From positions 672,001 through 736,000 of the forward strand of contig CBDCTZ010000012.1 of NCBI GenBank assembly GCA_965222375.1: a DNA stretch of 64,000 bases, in the 5' to 3' direction. Below the pieces are notes generated by a model. That model had not been told where the DNA came from and made no database searches. It saw nothing but the letters and a program-made list of their open reading frames with translations. The DNA comes from Polyangiaceae bacterium. GTDB taxonomy: Bacteria; Myxococcota_A; Polyangia; Polyangiales; Polyangiaceae. The number at the start of each line of letters is the position of its first letter. The first letter of the stretch is position 1. Below, piece after piece: positions 9,822 to 19,498 of the stretch. The position numbers were made by a program, and so were the translations under genes.

Positions 9822-10919
9822 CTATCCGAGTCGGGCCAGCGTTTCCCGTGAGAATTGCTCGTAGCGCCCTTCGACAATCGCGCGGCGCGCCCCCTGGATC
9901 AGGCGGGCGTAGAACGTGAGATTGTGCAGTGAAAGGAAGCGAAAGACGGATAGCTCGCGGGCCACGAAGAGGTGGCGTAGGTATGAGCGAGACAGCCCCG
10001 TGCGGCAGGCGGTGCAGGGGCAGTCTTCTTCCAAGGGCGCGAGATCGTGTCGAAACTTCGCGTTCTTGATCATCATCTTGCCTCGTCCGGTAAAGACTTG
10101 GCCATTCCGAGCGTTGCGGGTTGGCAACACGCAGTCGAATACGTCAATCCCGCAGCCGATAGCGCGAAGCAGATCTACGGGGGTACCCACTCCCATCAGG
10201 TAGTGGGGCCGCGCCGGGTCGAGGGCGGGCCCGACACTGCGCAGCGTGGCGTGCATGTCTTCGTTTCGCTCGCCGACGCTGAATCCGCCTAATGCAATGC
10301 CTTCGAAGTCCATGGCCTGGAGCTCCCGGGCGTGGCGCAATCGCAACTCGACGTTGGTTCCGCCCTGCACGATGCCAAATAGTGCTTGGTCGGATCGGCG
10401 AGTCGAGAGGCAGCGCTCGGCCCAGCGCGTCGTTCGTTCGACGGCGCTGAGCATGTCGGCCGCAGACGAGTCTCCGGGGGGACAGACGTCCAACTGCATG
10501 GCAATGTCGGCACCGAGCGCACCCTGCACCCGCATGCTCTCCTCCGGCGTGAGCATCATGGGTGTGCCGTCCAGGTGGGACGAGAACCGATAGCCCTCCT
10601 CCGAGAGCTTGGTTCGATGCGCTAGAGAGAAGGCTTGGAAGCCTCCGGAGTCCGTGGCGATGGCATGGGGCCATTTGGCAAAGCCGTGTAACCCGCCATG
10701 CTCCGACACGACCTCCGCCCCGGGGCGCAGCCACAGGTGGTAGGTGTTCATGATCAACATGCGAGCGCCGGTGGACGCGACGTCGTCGCTGTCGAGGGCC
10801 TTGACCGACGCAGCAGTGCCAACCGGCATGAATACTGGCGTCTCGAGCAGGCCGTGGCTCGTTTCGAGGGACCCAGCCCGTGCATGACCGTCGGTCTGCA
10901 GAACGTTGAACCGAGTCAC
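9822..10919 (-). CDS. tgt: tRNA-guanine transglycosylase
   Basis: TPVFMPVGT, NTYHL, DSGGFQ, GIVQGG, YLMGVG, FDCVLPTRNAR, CxCxxC zinc site; GTG start overlaps queA stop (GTGA). Confidence 0.96.
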   Translation of the reverse strand: MTRFNVLQTDGHARAGSLETSHGLLETPVFMPVGTAASVKALDSDDVASTGARMLIMNTYHLWLRPGAEVVSEHGGLHGFAKWPHAIATDSGGFQAFSLAHRTKLSEEGYRFSSHLDGTPMMLTPEESMRVQGALGADIAMQLDVCPPGDSSAADMLSAVERTTRWAERCLSTRRSDQALFGIVQGGTNVELRLRHARELQAMDFEGIALGGFSVGERNEDMHATLRSVGPALDPARPHYLMGVGTPVDLLRAIGCGIDVFDCVLPTRNARNGQVFTGRGKMMIKNAKFRHDLAPLEEDCPCTACRTGLSRSYLRHLFVARELSVFRFLSLHNLTFYARLIQGARRAIVEGRYEQFSRETLARLG

Positions 10920-11965
10920 GTGAGCCGCTCCGCTATCCACATGGCGTCGCCGTAGGACAAGAACCGGTAACGATGTTGCACTGCAGCTCGATAGGCGTCC
11001 AGGGTGCGCTCCAGACCCGCGAAGGCACCAACCAACGAGAGTAAGGTGCTCCTGGGCATGTGAAAGTTGGTTAGCAGACCGTCCACCACCTGAAACCGAT
11101 AGCCAGGTTGGATCAGGAGCTTGGTCTCTCCCGTTTGTGCACGCACATGTCCCGGATTGTTCGGGTCCCGCGCAGTCTCCAAGGCGCGTACCACGGTCGT
11201 GCCTATTGCGACAACTGGGCTGCCCCGCCCCCTGGCGGCGTCGATCGCGGCGGCGACAGGTTTCGATACCGCATAGCGCTCGATATGCATGTCGTGTTGA
11301 TCCAGGTCGTCGCTGCTCACAGGGCGAAAGGTGCCCGGCCCTACATGCAGCGTGAGGGAAACGACCTGAATTCCTCTGGCTTCGAGTTGAGCCACAGTTC
11401 CCTCGGTGAAGTGCAGCCCAGCTGTTGGTGCCGCCACGGATCCGAAGTCTTTCGCGAATACGGTTTGGTACCGGTCCTGGTCGAGGCTCGTATCTTCGCG
11501 CTGAACATAGGGAGGGAGTGGCACATGACCCACCCGCTGCACGGCTTCTTGGACGCTCCCGGCGGCGGCTTGCAGCCGGACCTCGAGGCTGTGCTTGGTG
11601 ATGCGGCCTCGAACCTCCGCGCGCAATTCACCGAATTGCAGAGTCATGCCCTCGCGCAAGCGCCGGAGGGGCCGCGCCAGAGACTCCCAGCTTTCCTCGC
11701 TACCTGGGCCGCTCAGTCGGCGGAGCAGTAGCAGCTCGACGGAGCCGCCGGTGGGCCGCGTGCCGATCAATCGGGCACGCATGACCCGCGTGTCGTTCAC
11801 GACGACCAAAGCCGACGGGGGCAATAGATCGGGCCACTGAGACATGAGACAGTGACTGACGCTTCGCCGCTGCAGGCACAGCACCCGGCTGGCGTCGCGC
11901 TCGGCGAGCGGGTGCTGGGCGATCAGATCCGCAGGCAGATCGTAGTCCAGGAGCTCCGTGCGCAT
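10916..11965 (-). CDS. queA: S-adenosylmethionine:tRNA ribosyltransferase-isomerase
   Basis: DYDLPxxLIAQ, PLPPY, RYQTVFA, AAPTAGLHFT, TLHVGxGTF, TNFHxPxSTL, YRFLSYGDAM. Confidence 0.97.
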   Translation of the reverse strand: MRTELLDYDLPADLIAQHPLAERDASRVLCLQRRSVSHCLMSQWPDLLPPSALVVVNDTRVMRARLIGTRPTGGSVELLLLRRLSGPGSEESWESLARPLRRLREGMTLQFGELRAEVRGRITKHSLEVRLQAAAGSVQEAVQRVGHVPLPPYVQREDTSLDQDRYQTVFAKDFGSVAAPTAGLHFTEGTVAQLEARGIQVVSLTLHVGPGTFRPVSSDDLDQHDMHIERYAVSKPVAAAIDAARGRGSPVVAIGTTVVRALETARDPNNPGHVRAQTGETKLLIQPGYRFQVVDGLLTNFHMPRSTLLSLVGAFAGLERTLDAYRAAVQHRYRFLSYGDAMWIAERLT

Positions 11966-11972
11966 GCCTCAC

Positions 11973-13010
11973 TCAGGCGAAGTTGCTCGACTTCCACTCG
12001 GCATCGTAGCTTATTCCGAGTTTGACGATGCGCTGAAGCAAGTCGGCATATCCCACGCCGTCCGCGTGTGCGCTCTCCGCGAAGTCTTCGCCGTACTTCA
12101 AGTCGGGATTCGGATTCGCCTCGAGCAGGTAGATCTTGTCGTCGCCGGTCAGCCGCAGGTCCATGCGCGCGTAGCCGGTCAGCGACAGTGCGCGGTAGCA
12201 GCGCTTCGCGACGTTGGCAATCTCCCGCGTGAGCTTGGGTGAGAGCCCTGGGGCTCGACGAGTTTTGATCCCATACTTCTTCTGGTACTCAAGGTCGAAC
12301 TTGACCCGTGCGGTTGCGATGCGAGGCGCGCCCTTGGGCATTTCTTGGAAGGGCATTTCCCACACCGGGAAGCTGACCACGCGCTGGTTTCCCATGACTC
12401 CGACATAGAGCTCGCGGCCCTCGATGTACTCTTCGACGATCACATCCACGCCAAAGCTCTGGTGCATGAATTGGATCCGCTCTTCTAGTTTGGCATCCGA
12501 CTGCACGATGGACGCTTTCGAGATCCCCAGGCTCGCCTCCTCGTTGACAGACTTGACGAGCAAGGGAAACCGCAGGTGCTCGGGCCGGCGCGTATCCCGC
12601 CCCTTGGGGAAGACGTGAAACGCAGGCACCCGGACTTGATGGGAGCTGAGAATGCGCTTGGACAGGGCCTTGTCCCTGGCAAGCATCAGGCCCCGAGGGT
12701 TGCATCCCGTGTAGTGGTGCTTCAGAAGCTCCAAGTAGCTCACGATGTGCTGGTCGTACACGGCGACGCCGTGGAAGTGCACGAGCAGGTTGAACGCGAG
12801 GTGGGCCTTGGTTTCTTCGAAGGCGTGCTTGATGACTTCCGGGTCGCTACCGACGCCGACGGAGTACACCTCGTGCCCCAACTTCTGTAGTCCTGCGATC
12901 ACGTCATACTCGGTGGCCCAAGACTCGATTTCCTTGTCCGAGTAGCCGTCCAGACTGTCCGGGGGCACGAGATCTTCGTGCATGAGAACGATGACTCGTA
13001 GCTTCTTCAT
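11973..13010 (-). CDS. D-Ala-D-Ala ligase-like ATP-grasp enzyme (non-canonical)
   Basis: YTG, DKALSK, PLLVK..EEASLGI, VEEYIEGRE, GYARMDLR, LEANPNP; lacks the Ddl N-terminal GGxSxExxVS motif. Confidence 0.82.
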   Translation of the reverse strand: MKKLRVIVLMHEDLVPPDSLDGYSDKEIESWATEYDVIAGLQKLGHEVYSVGVGSDPEVIKHAFEETKAHLAFNLLVHFHGVAVYDQHIVSYLELLKHHYTGCNPRGLMLARDKALSKRILSSHQVRVPAFHVFPKGRDTRRPEHLRFPLLVKSVNEEASLGISKASIVQSDAKLEERIQFMHQSFGVDVIVEEYIEGRELYVGVMGNQRVVSFPVWEMPFQEMPKGAPRIATARVKFDLEYQKKYGIKTRRAPGLSPKLTREIANVAKRCYRALSLTGYARMDLRLTGDDKIYLLEANPNPDLKYGEDFAESAHADGVGYADLLQRIVKLGISYDAEWKSSNFA

Positions 13011-14062
13011 CTGGCTAGCCGGTGATGCCCTGCGTGCAAGTAGTTCATGGTTTGAACGGTCAGCATGATGAGCGCATCTTGCTTCGTTTCGTTTTCGTCG
13101 CGACAGTAGCGCACATTCAGTGCTTCGCAGCGACGGATCATTTGACGTAGTAGCTGGTCGATTGTGTACTGATATTCTCCGGTCCAGCGCGCGATGTGCC
13201 TGCGGAGCTCCGGGCGAAGCTTGCGCAATACGCTGGCCGCAGGTTTGCCCCGTTCGCCCTCGGGCAGGGGAGGGAATAGGCGGCGCAAGTCGCGGTCGTA
13301 GAAGCTTGGGTGATGCAATCGGTAGCGCGCCTTCTTCTTCGCGTAGTGCTCTCGTAGCGTGGTCTCGAGGCTCGCCAGAGACTCCACATGCTCACGGCAG
13401 CGAACCGGCTGGGTTTTGCCAGCAATCTGCGCCATCAACTCGTCCACGTACTCCAGCTTCTTCAGGGCTGGCCAGCCCTGGTAGCGGCTACGCCAGTTCG
13501 AATCCGGGTCGAGCCACACGGCGAAGGTCTCGGCCCAATCCTCCGCAGGATGGCTTTGCGCGTACCAGAGCCCAAGGTGAAGCACATAGCGTTTGCTATA
13601 CGGCTTCGGCTGATAGAACTTGGGATAGGGCTCCGCGAAGGAGCCAAAGGTTTCACGCCAGCGCTTCTTGCGGTGCAGACGAAAAGCGCTATCGAGGGCA
13701 TGCGCCGCCTCGTGCCGCAGGAGTTGCATGCGCCAGCCCGGCGTGCCGCCCTCCACCTCCAGGACCTGCTGCTCCTCCAGAGCCGCGAGTTTCGGATGCG
13801 CCAAGTAGAAGGGAATTGCGATGCCTGGCACGCCGTCCGGGGAAAACCACTCGGTGGAAAGCCAGCAGTGCGGCTTGAAGCGAAGGTTGCGCTGCCTCAA
13901 CTCGCGATGCAGCTGACCTACCGCTTCGACGAGCGGCGATGATTGGAACCTCAAACGCAAGTCGCAGAAGCGCACGTCCAGCAATTCCTCGTTACTCATG
14001 GCCACCCAGTCGGGTTGTCGGCGTGCGGGGGTTTTGGTGGCAGCGACGCTCCTTCGGGCCAT
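13007..14062 (-). CDS. Putative zinc-binding metallopeptidase (zincin, Peptidase_Mx-like)
   Basis: LRHEAAHA (HExxH) and YAQSHPAEDWAETFA; ATGA overlap with the ATP-grasp gene. Confidence 0.82.
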   Translation of the reverse strand: MARRSVAATKTPARRQPDWVAMSNEELLDVRFCDLRLRFQSSPLVEAVGQLHRELRQRNLRFKPHCWLSTEWFSPDGVPGIAIPFYLAHPKLAALEEQQVLEVEGGTPGWRMQLLRHEAAHALDSAFRLHRKKRWRETFGSFAEPYPKFYQPKPYSKRYVLHLGLWYAQSHPAEDWAETFAVWLDPDSNWRSRYQGWPALKKLEYVDELMAQIAGKTQPVRCREHVESLASLETTLREHYAKKKARYRLHHPSFYDRDLRRLFPPLPEGERGKPAASVLRKLRPELRRHIARWTGEYQYTIDQLLRQMIRRCEALNVRYCRDENETKQDALIMLTVQTMNYLHAGHHRLAR

Positions 14063-14065
14063 CAG

Positions 14066-15487
14066 CTAGCGGTCTTCATACGTGATACCCAACCGGGTCA
14101 TCTTGCGCCACAGCGTCGTGGGGCTGATGTCGAGGGCTTCGGCAGCCCGCTCTCGACTCCCGTCATTGGCCCGCAAGGCTTCCAACACGGCGACTCGCTC
14201 GGCGTCATCCACGATATCCGCGAGGGTGCGCTCCGCGCCTCGGGTGGGCTTGCGGGGGGCCTGGGGCAGGATGTCGTCCAGGGTGATCGGACTGCCGCCG
14301 GCCAGAGCGACGGCCTGCTCCACCATGTTCTCGAGCTCGCGCACGTTGCCCGCGTAGTCGTAGGCAATCAGCCGGTCGATCACGCCTTCGCCGAGCTCCG
14401 CTCTCACTTTCATCTTGCGGGCGTACTTCTCAAGGAAGAAGTCGACCAGCAAGGGGATGTCTTCCCGGCGTTCGCGCAGAGGTGGCAGGTGAAAACGCGC
14501 CACGTTCAGGCGGTAGTACAGGTCTTGCCGGAATCGGCGCTCTTCCACGGCCTGGGCGAGGTCGACATTGGTTGCGGCGACTACGCGGATATCGACGTTG
14601 ATGGATTTGTTCTCTCCAACCCGGCGTACCTCACCTTCCTGAATGGCGCGAAGCAGCTTGGCCTGAAATGAGGGCGTGGTTTCTGCGATTTCGTCGAAGA
14701 AGAACGTGCCACCGTCCGCTTCTTCGAACAGGCCCTTGCGAGCTGACACAGCCCCGGTAAACGCGCCGCGGCTGTGTCCGAAGAGCTCGCTCTCCAGGAG
14801 CGTCTCGGTAATGGCCGCACAGTTGACGGTTACAAAAGGGCGATCGGCGCGTTTGCTATTGGCATGTACGGCGCGGGCGATCAGTTCCTTGCCTGTGCCG
14901 CTCTCACCGGTGATGAGCACAATGGCGTCTGTGGAAGCGATCTTGCTTACGCGGGTGAGCACGTCCTGAACCGCTTGGGAGCGGCCGATGATGTTTTCGA
15001 AGTGGTATCGCTCTTTGAACTCCTGAGCGAATAGGCGCATCTGGCCATGAAGGCGCCGCGTTTCAATGGCTTTCGTGACCTTGACAATGAGCTCCTGCTC
15101 GGTGAAGGGTTTTTGGATGTAGTCGAACGCACCGAAGCGCATGGCTTCGACCGCGCTTTCGATGGTGCCGTAGGCAGTCATCACGATGACTTCTGTCATT
15201 GGTTGGGATTCTTTGATCGCGCGCAGCACGTCGATGCCGTCATGGTCGCCCATTCGCAGGTCGGTGATCACGACGTCGTAGGCGCCAGTGGTGCCGCGCT
15301 CTTGGCCCTCGGTCCCGTCGCCGGCTTCGTTGACGTCGAATCCTCCACCCCGAAGCATCATCGCCAAGGTGGTGCGCATATTGCGCTGGTCGTCGACGAC
15401 GAGGATCTTGCCAGCCATACTCGAGGAAGGGGATTGCCCTGTCGCCGAACCCGGCTCTTGTACTTTGGTGCCCGGAGTCGTTGCCAT
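14066..15487 (-). CDS. Sigma-54-dependent NtrC-family response regulator (REC-AAA+-Fis HTH)
   Basis: LVVDD, TDLRM, GESGTGKE, GAFTGA, FRQDLYYRL, GNVRELEN, C-terminal HTH; alternative start at 15418. Confidence 0.95.
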   Translation of the reverse strand: MATTPGTKVQEPGSATGQSPSSSMAGKILVVDDQRNMRTTLAMMLRGGGFDVNEAGDGTEGQERGTTGAYDVVITDLRMGDHDGIDVLRAIKESQPMTEVIVMTAYGTIESAVEAMRFGAFDYIQKPFTEQELIVKVTKAIETRRLHGQMRLFAQEFKERYHFENIIGRSQAVQDVLTRVSKIASTDAIVLITGESGTGKELIARAVHANSKRADRPFVTVNCAAITETLLESELFGHSRGAFTGAVSARKGLFEEADGGTFFFDEIAETTPSFQAKLLRAIQEGEVRRVGENKSINVDIRVVAATNVDLAQAVEERRFRQDLYYRLNVARFHLPPLRERREDIPLLVDFFLEKYARKMKVRAELGEGVIDRLIAYDYAGNVRELENMVEQAVALAGGSPITLDDILPQAPRKPTRGAERTLADIVDDAERVAVLEALRANDGSRERAAEALDISPTTLWRKMTRLGITYEDR

Positions 15488-15628
15488 TGTGGTCAGCTAG
15501 CGCGCGAAACGTGCCCGCCGCGTGTCCACGTTAGTTCCTTCCCGGCGCGGCAGCCAGACTGGAGCCCAAACAAGGAACGAATTTCGGGCCCCTGGCCCCG
15601 TAAGCGTGGCATAGAATGGGATCCGTCC

Positions 15629-17125
15629 ATGAGCCAGAGCAGAAAGCAGATCGGCAGAATCCTGCTGGCTCAGCGCGCAGTCACGCCCGAGCAGCTCGAG
15701 CAGGCCCTCAACAAGGGCGGCGGCCGGCTGGCCTCCAGGCTGGCAGAGCAGGGCACGATCACGGACACCTCCGCTCTGAAAGCCCTCAGCGAGCAGCACG
15801 GCATTCCTGGAATCGACCTCGCACAAATCTGCTTGCGATTGGAGGACTTGGATCTGCTCCCCCGCGAGATCGCTGAGAAGCATCTCATCCTCCCGGTCTT
15901 GGTACGGGACGACCGCGTGTTCGTGGCGATGGCCAACCCTCGAGAGAAGAAGGTGCTCGACGAGCTGGAATTCGTGACCGGCAAGAAAGTCTATCCCTAT
16001 GTCTCTCTGGAGGGGGTGATGGCGAAGGTCATTTCCGAGTCCTACACGAAGAAGATGGAGGGCGAAGCCTACTACGTCGGGCCGGAGTGTCCCGACGAGG
16101 TGCTCGAACGCATCGGTATCAACCGAGAGGGCCGGTTGTTGGTACCTCAGGATCCTGCCGTGCCGTCGGTGCCACCGGGTCCACCAGAGCATGACCCTGC
16201 TGCGCCGCTCTCGGCGCCAGGCGTCGTCGTGGACGATGCCGTGGGTCGGATTTCCCGGAGCGACGAAATCGAGGACGATGAATTTGGCGACATGTCCCGG
16301 GATCTGTCCGTCGTTGCCGAGTTGCCCGAGCATATGCTCGAGGAAGGAGCCGCTCCTGGGGCAAAAACCGTGTTGATCGTCGATGACGAGTCCGACATAC
16401 GAAAGATGCTCAAGCGCCTGCTTTCGACTCGGGGCTTCAATGTGTTGGAGGCAGATCGGGGACTATTGGCGCTGCGCTTGGTCAAAGAGCATCGCCCAGA
16501 CCTGATTATCTTGGATGCTATGCTGCCGGAGGTGCATGGCTTCGAAATCGCCCGGCGGATTAAAGGTAGCGCCCGCTACGGCCGTATCCCAATCATCATG
16601 GTCAGCGCCGTGTATCGTGGTTGGCGCTACGCCGAAGACCTCAAGCAGAGCTGCGGCGTCGACCACTTCATCGAGAAGCCCTTTCGAATCGCTGACGTGA
16701 TGACAGCGGTGGAATCCTGCGTGGCCGCGGAGAGCGAACCTGGGAGCAGCGCACCCGGCGATGCGTCCGCGGAGGTGGAGCGGGTCTTGGAGGCCGGCGT
16801 GCGTGCGTACAAAGCTGGCAAGATCGACGAGGCCGTGGAGTATCTGCAGCGGGGGATGAAGATCGATCCGCTGGCCTATCGGCTACATTTCCACCTTGGA
16901 TTGCTCTACGGCAAGCAGGGAAAGGTGTACGAAGCCATCAGCGAATTGGAGACCGCGGTCGAGATCAATGCTCGGCACTTCGCAGCCGTAAAGAACCTGG
17001 CGATCTTGTATCAAAAGGCGGGATTTCGTAACAAAGCGACCGAGATGTGGGAGCGAGCCCTGGGAATAGCTCCTGACGATTCGACCCGCGCATCCATCAA
17101 GCAACACCTGCTGAATCTGCTCTGA
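15629..17125 (+). CDS. MshEN/T2SSE_N + receiver + TPR protein
   Basis: QIGRILL...RLASRLAEQG..ALSEQ then VAMANP (T2SSE_N); VLIVDD...DLIILDAMLP..KPF receiver; C-terminal TPRs. Start re-assigned to 15629. Confidence 0.82.
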   Translation: MSQSRKQIGRILLAQRAVTPEQLEQALNKGGGRLASRLAEQGTITDTSALKALSEQHGIPGIDLAQICLRLEDLDLLPREIAEKHLILPVLVRDDRVFVAMANPREKKVLDELEFVTGKKVYPYVSLEGVMAKVISESYTKKMEGEAYYVGPECPDEVLERIGINREGRLLVPQDPAVPSVPPGPPEHDPAAPLSAPGVVVDDAVGRISRSDEIEDDEFGDMSRDLSVVAELPEHMLEEGAAPGAKTVLIVDDESDIRKMLKRLLSTRGFNVLEADRGLLALRLVKEHRPDLIILDAMLPEVHGFEIARRIKGSARYGRIPIIMVSAVYRGWRYAEDLKQSCGVDHFIEKPFRIADVMTAVESCVAAESEPGSSAPGDASAEVERVLEAGVRAYKAGKIDEAVEYLQRGMKIDPLAYRLHFHLGLLYGKQGKVYEAISELETAVEINARHFAAVKNLAILYQKAGFRNKATEMWERALGIAPDDSTRASIKQHLLNLL

Positions 17126-17173
17126 GGTCGGCCCAGTTGGCCGCCGCCCCCCGAGGATTGGACCCAACCCCTT

Positions 17174-17190
17174 GGTTTTTAGCAAAAACC
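17174..17190. promoter_or_regulatory. Palindrome GGTTTTT-AGC-AAAAACC, candidate operator
   Basis: Perfect 7-bp inverted repeat, AT-rich, in a GC-rich intergenic ~100 bp upstream of the gltJ-like gene. Confidence 0.35.
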
Positions 17191-17291
17191 GCCCTTGCGG
17201 GGCCGAATTCGAGCTGCCGCAACTTACGCTTTCGCGCTGGAGGGCCCGGCGCGCTATCCTGTTCCGGGACCTCGGTCCGCCCCCCTGCTGA

Positions 17292-19046
17292 ATGAAGTTC
17301 CTCTGCCCAAGTTGCAAGGCGAAGTACCAGATCGCCGACGAAAAGGTCGCCGGGAGATCGGTGCGGATGAAGTGCCGCAAGTGCGGGCACATGATCAGCA
17401 TTTCCAAAGCGGTCACTGAGGGCAGTGTTTCTCGCAAGTTGGATGGCCTTTCGTCTCGGCCGCCACCGCCGAGCTCTTCGCGTGGCACATGGCGAGAGCC
17501 TGGCGCAAGTCCGAAGCCGCCTGGCGCTCCGCCGCCGCGGCGGCCCCCGCCGCGGCGAGCCCCAGGCGGGACGGCGCCCCTTCCCTCCGCCGCCGCGCCT
17601 CGTCCCACACCATCGCCGATTGGCGGCGCAGTTGCGCCTCCACCGCGGGCCGCCCAAATGAGCCCGCCGACAGCAGTCTCACCGCCACCCGAGCCGCTGC
17701 GTAAGAGCAACGGGAATGGTGCCGGGGCCGCAGCAGCGCTCGCCTATTCCGAGCCATCGGATGCGCCGATGTACGAGGACGACGAGCGAACTGTCGTGGC
17801 GCCAGTAGGCGGCTTGGCCGGGGTATTCTCGCAATCCCTCGGCGCGACCGAGTCCGCACCGCTGTCGACGCTTTCTACGCCCGCGGACGAGTGGTACGTG
17901 GGCATCAACGGAGTGCCCGTCGGTCCGATCCGATTGAGTGAACTTCGCAGCAAAGCATCAACGGGTGCGATCACTCTCGATTCCCTCGTTTGGCGTGACG
18001 GATTCGAAGAGTGGATGCCTCTGCGCACCTTTCCCGAGCTGGTTGCGATCGTGGAGGAAGGCGTGTCGAGCGCGCGCGCTTCGCTCACGCCCCTGAGCCC
18101 GCCCTGGACGTCGCCCTCTCAACCACCCCCCGCCGCTCAGCCCATCGCGGCTTCCCAGCCCGAGGTCTACGACCCCTTCAAGGTTCCGGGCGCGCCAGCG
18201 GCGGCGCCGGCCGGGGATCTGAGCGATCCCTTCGCGCCAAGCGCCGGCGCCGTGGGTGCTGGAGCCGTGGCAGGGTTCGGAACTCCGGATGCCGCCCCTC
18301 TCGGCGCATTGGGGGCACCTGGCGCGGGCGTTATCGCGCCGCCAGTGGACATCGACGAAAGCGTCATTCCGAAGCGGCGAACCACCCCTATCTTGGCTTG
18401 GATTGCCGTGGTGGTCGCCTTGGTCTTCGGATTGGGCGTGGGCTTCGTGGTGTTTGACAAGGGACCGGGCGAAACGGTGATCAAGTACGTTGAAGTCACG
18501 AAGACTGGGGCAGCGCCAGTTGCGGGGAGCGCCCCGACGGCGGCGGCGGAAAACCCCACGGAAGGCGAGGATGCGGGCACGACCAAGCGGACCGTCAAGG
18601 GTGGGGGAGGCCCGATCGCGAAGGCCGGTGGCGGTCCAGCCACCGAGAAGCCCACGGGCAAGGGGTTCAACCTCAAGGGGCTGGGGGGCGTGCAAGGGCC
18701 CGGTCCAAGCGGTGGTCCTGGCTCCGGCGCCGGCGCGGGTTCCTCAGAGGGTTTGGACTCTACTGCGATTCAGCGGACGGTTAGTCGTTATACCGGCAGC
18801 GTGAAGCGCAGCTGTTGGCAGCCCGCTCTCGACACTCGCGCCAAGAACGCTCCGAGTTCAGCGCGGGTCAGCGTCACGATCACGGTGGCGCCTAGCGGTC
18901 AGGTGACTGGCGTGCGAACTAGCGGCGACCCGAAGGGCTATCGTGGCTTGGCGGGGTGTATCCAGAGTCGGGTTCGCCGCTGGCGTTTCCCTGCCTCCGG
19001 GGGAACCACTACCGTGAACGTGCCCTTCGTGTTCGCGGCACAATAG
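17292..19046 (+). CDS. GltJ/AgmX-like gliding motility protein (zinc ribbon - GYF_2 - TM - TonB_C-like)
   Basis: MKFLCPSCKAKYQIADEKV...CRKC zinc ribbon; EWYVGINGVPVGP...LVWRDGFEEW GYF_2; TM; C-terminal CW...CI..RVRRWRFP...VNVPFVF. Confidence 0.82.
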   Translation: MKFLCPSCKAKYQIADEKVAGRSVRMKCRKCGHMISISKAVTEGSVSRKLDGLSSRPPPPSSSRGTWREPGASPKPPGAPPPRRPPPRRAPGGTAPLPSAAAPRPTPSPIGGAVAPPPRAAQMSPPTAVSPPPEPLRKSNGNGAGAAAALAYSEPSDAPMYEDDERTVVAPVGGLAGVFSQSLGATESAPLSTLSTPADEWYVGINGVPVGPIRLSELRSKASTGAITLDSLVWRDGFEEWMPLRTFPELVAIVEEGVSSARASLTPLSPPWTSPSQPPPAAQPIAASQPEVYDPFKVPGAPAAAPAGDLSDPFAPSAGAVGAGAVAGFGTPDAAPLGALGAPGAGVIAPPVDIDESVIPKRRTTPILAWIAVVVALVFGLGVGFVVFDKGPGETVIKYVEVTKTGAAPVAGSAPTAAAENPTEGEDAGTTKRTVKGGGGPIAKAGGGPATEKPTGKGFNLKGLGGVQGPGPSGGPGSGAGAGSSEGLDSTAIQRTVSRYTGSVKRSCWQPALDTRAKNAPSSARVSVTITVAPSGQVTGVRTSGDPKGYRGLAGCIQSRVRRWRFPASGGTTTVNVPFVFAAQ

Positions 19047-19080
19047 AAAAGCACGCCACGCACCCGGGGGTGCGCGGCGT
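19047..19080 (-). terminator. Intrinsic terminator after rnpB (possibly bidirectional)
   Basis: Minus strand ACGCCGCGCACC-loop-GGTGCGTGGCGT followed by GCTTTT. Confidence 0.7.
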
Positions 19081-19081
19081 G

Positions 19082-19448
19082 GTCGAAGTCCCGGGTAAGC
19101 CGGGTTCTGTAGCGCCAAGTCGTCGCCAACTTGGCGCTGACGATCATTCCTCTGGGTTGGCAGTTACCCGCCAGCTCTAGCAACCTACCCGGGGACTCGG
19201 ACGGGCAGCCCTCGAACGCCCCTCTATGTGGTCTTGCTCCAGACGGGGTTTGCCGTGCCGCTTTCGTTACCGAAAACGCGGTGAGCTCTTACCTCACCCT
19301 TTCACCATCACCCCGGCGATGCCGGGGCAGTCTGCTTTCTGTGGCACTTTCCTCGATGTCACCATCACCGGGGATTACCCGGCGTCTTGCCCTGCGGAGC
19401 CCGGACTTTCCTCTGCCTGACGACAGCGATCGCCTCCAAAGCTTCGAC
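19082..19448 (-). ncRNA. rnpB: Bacterial RNase P RNA (type A)
   Basis: Minus strand has GAGGAAAGTCCGGGCTCC, GAAAGTGCCACAGAAA, AAGGGTGAGGTAAGAG, GGAGCAAGACCA and 3' ACAGAACCCGGCTTA; ends pair as P1 (GTCGAAG/CTTCGAC). Confidence 0.96.
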
Positions 19449-19498
19449 GGCAACAAGATAAGGCCGATTCCAGCGCGGTGCAAACCCGAGCGCCGGGC

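Noticed and set aside
11973..13010. Canonical ddl
   Set aside because: Lacks the Ddl N-terminal motif, is outside a dcw cluster and is paired with a zincin peptidase.
15047..15628. N-terminal extension of the 692-aa ORF
   Set aside because: Antisense to the NtrC gene; the recognisable domain starts at ATG 15629.
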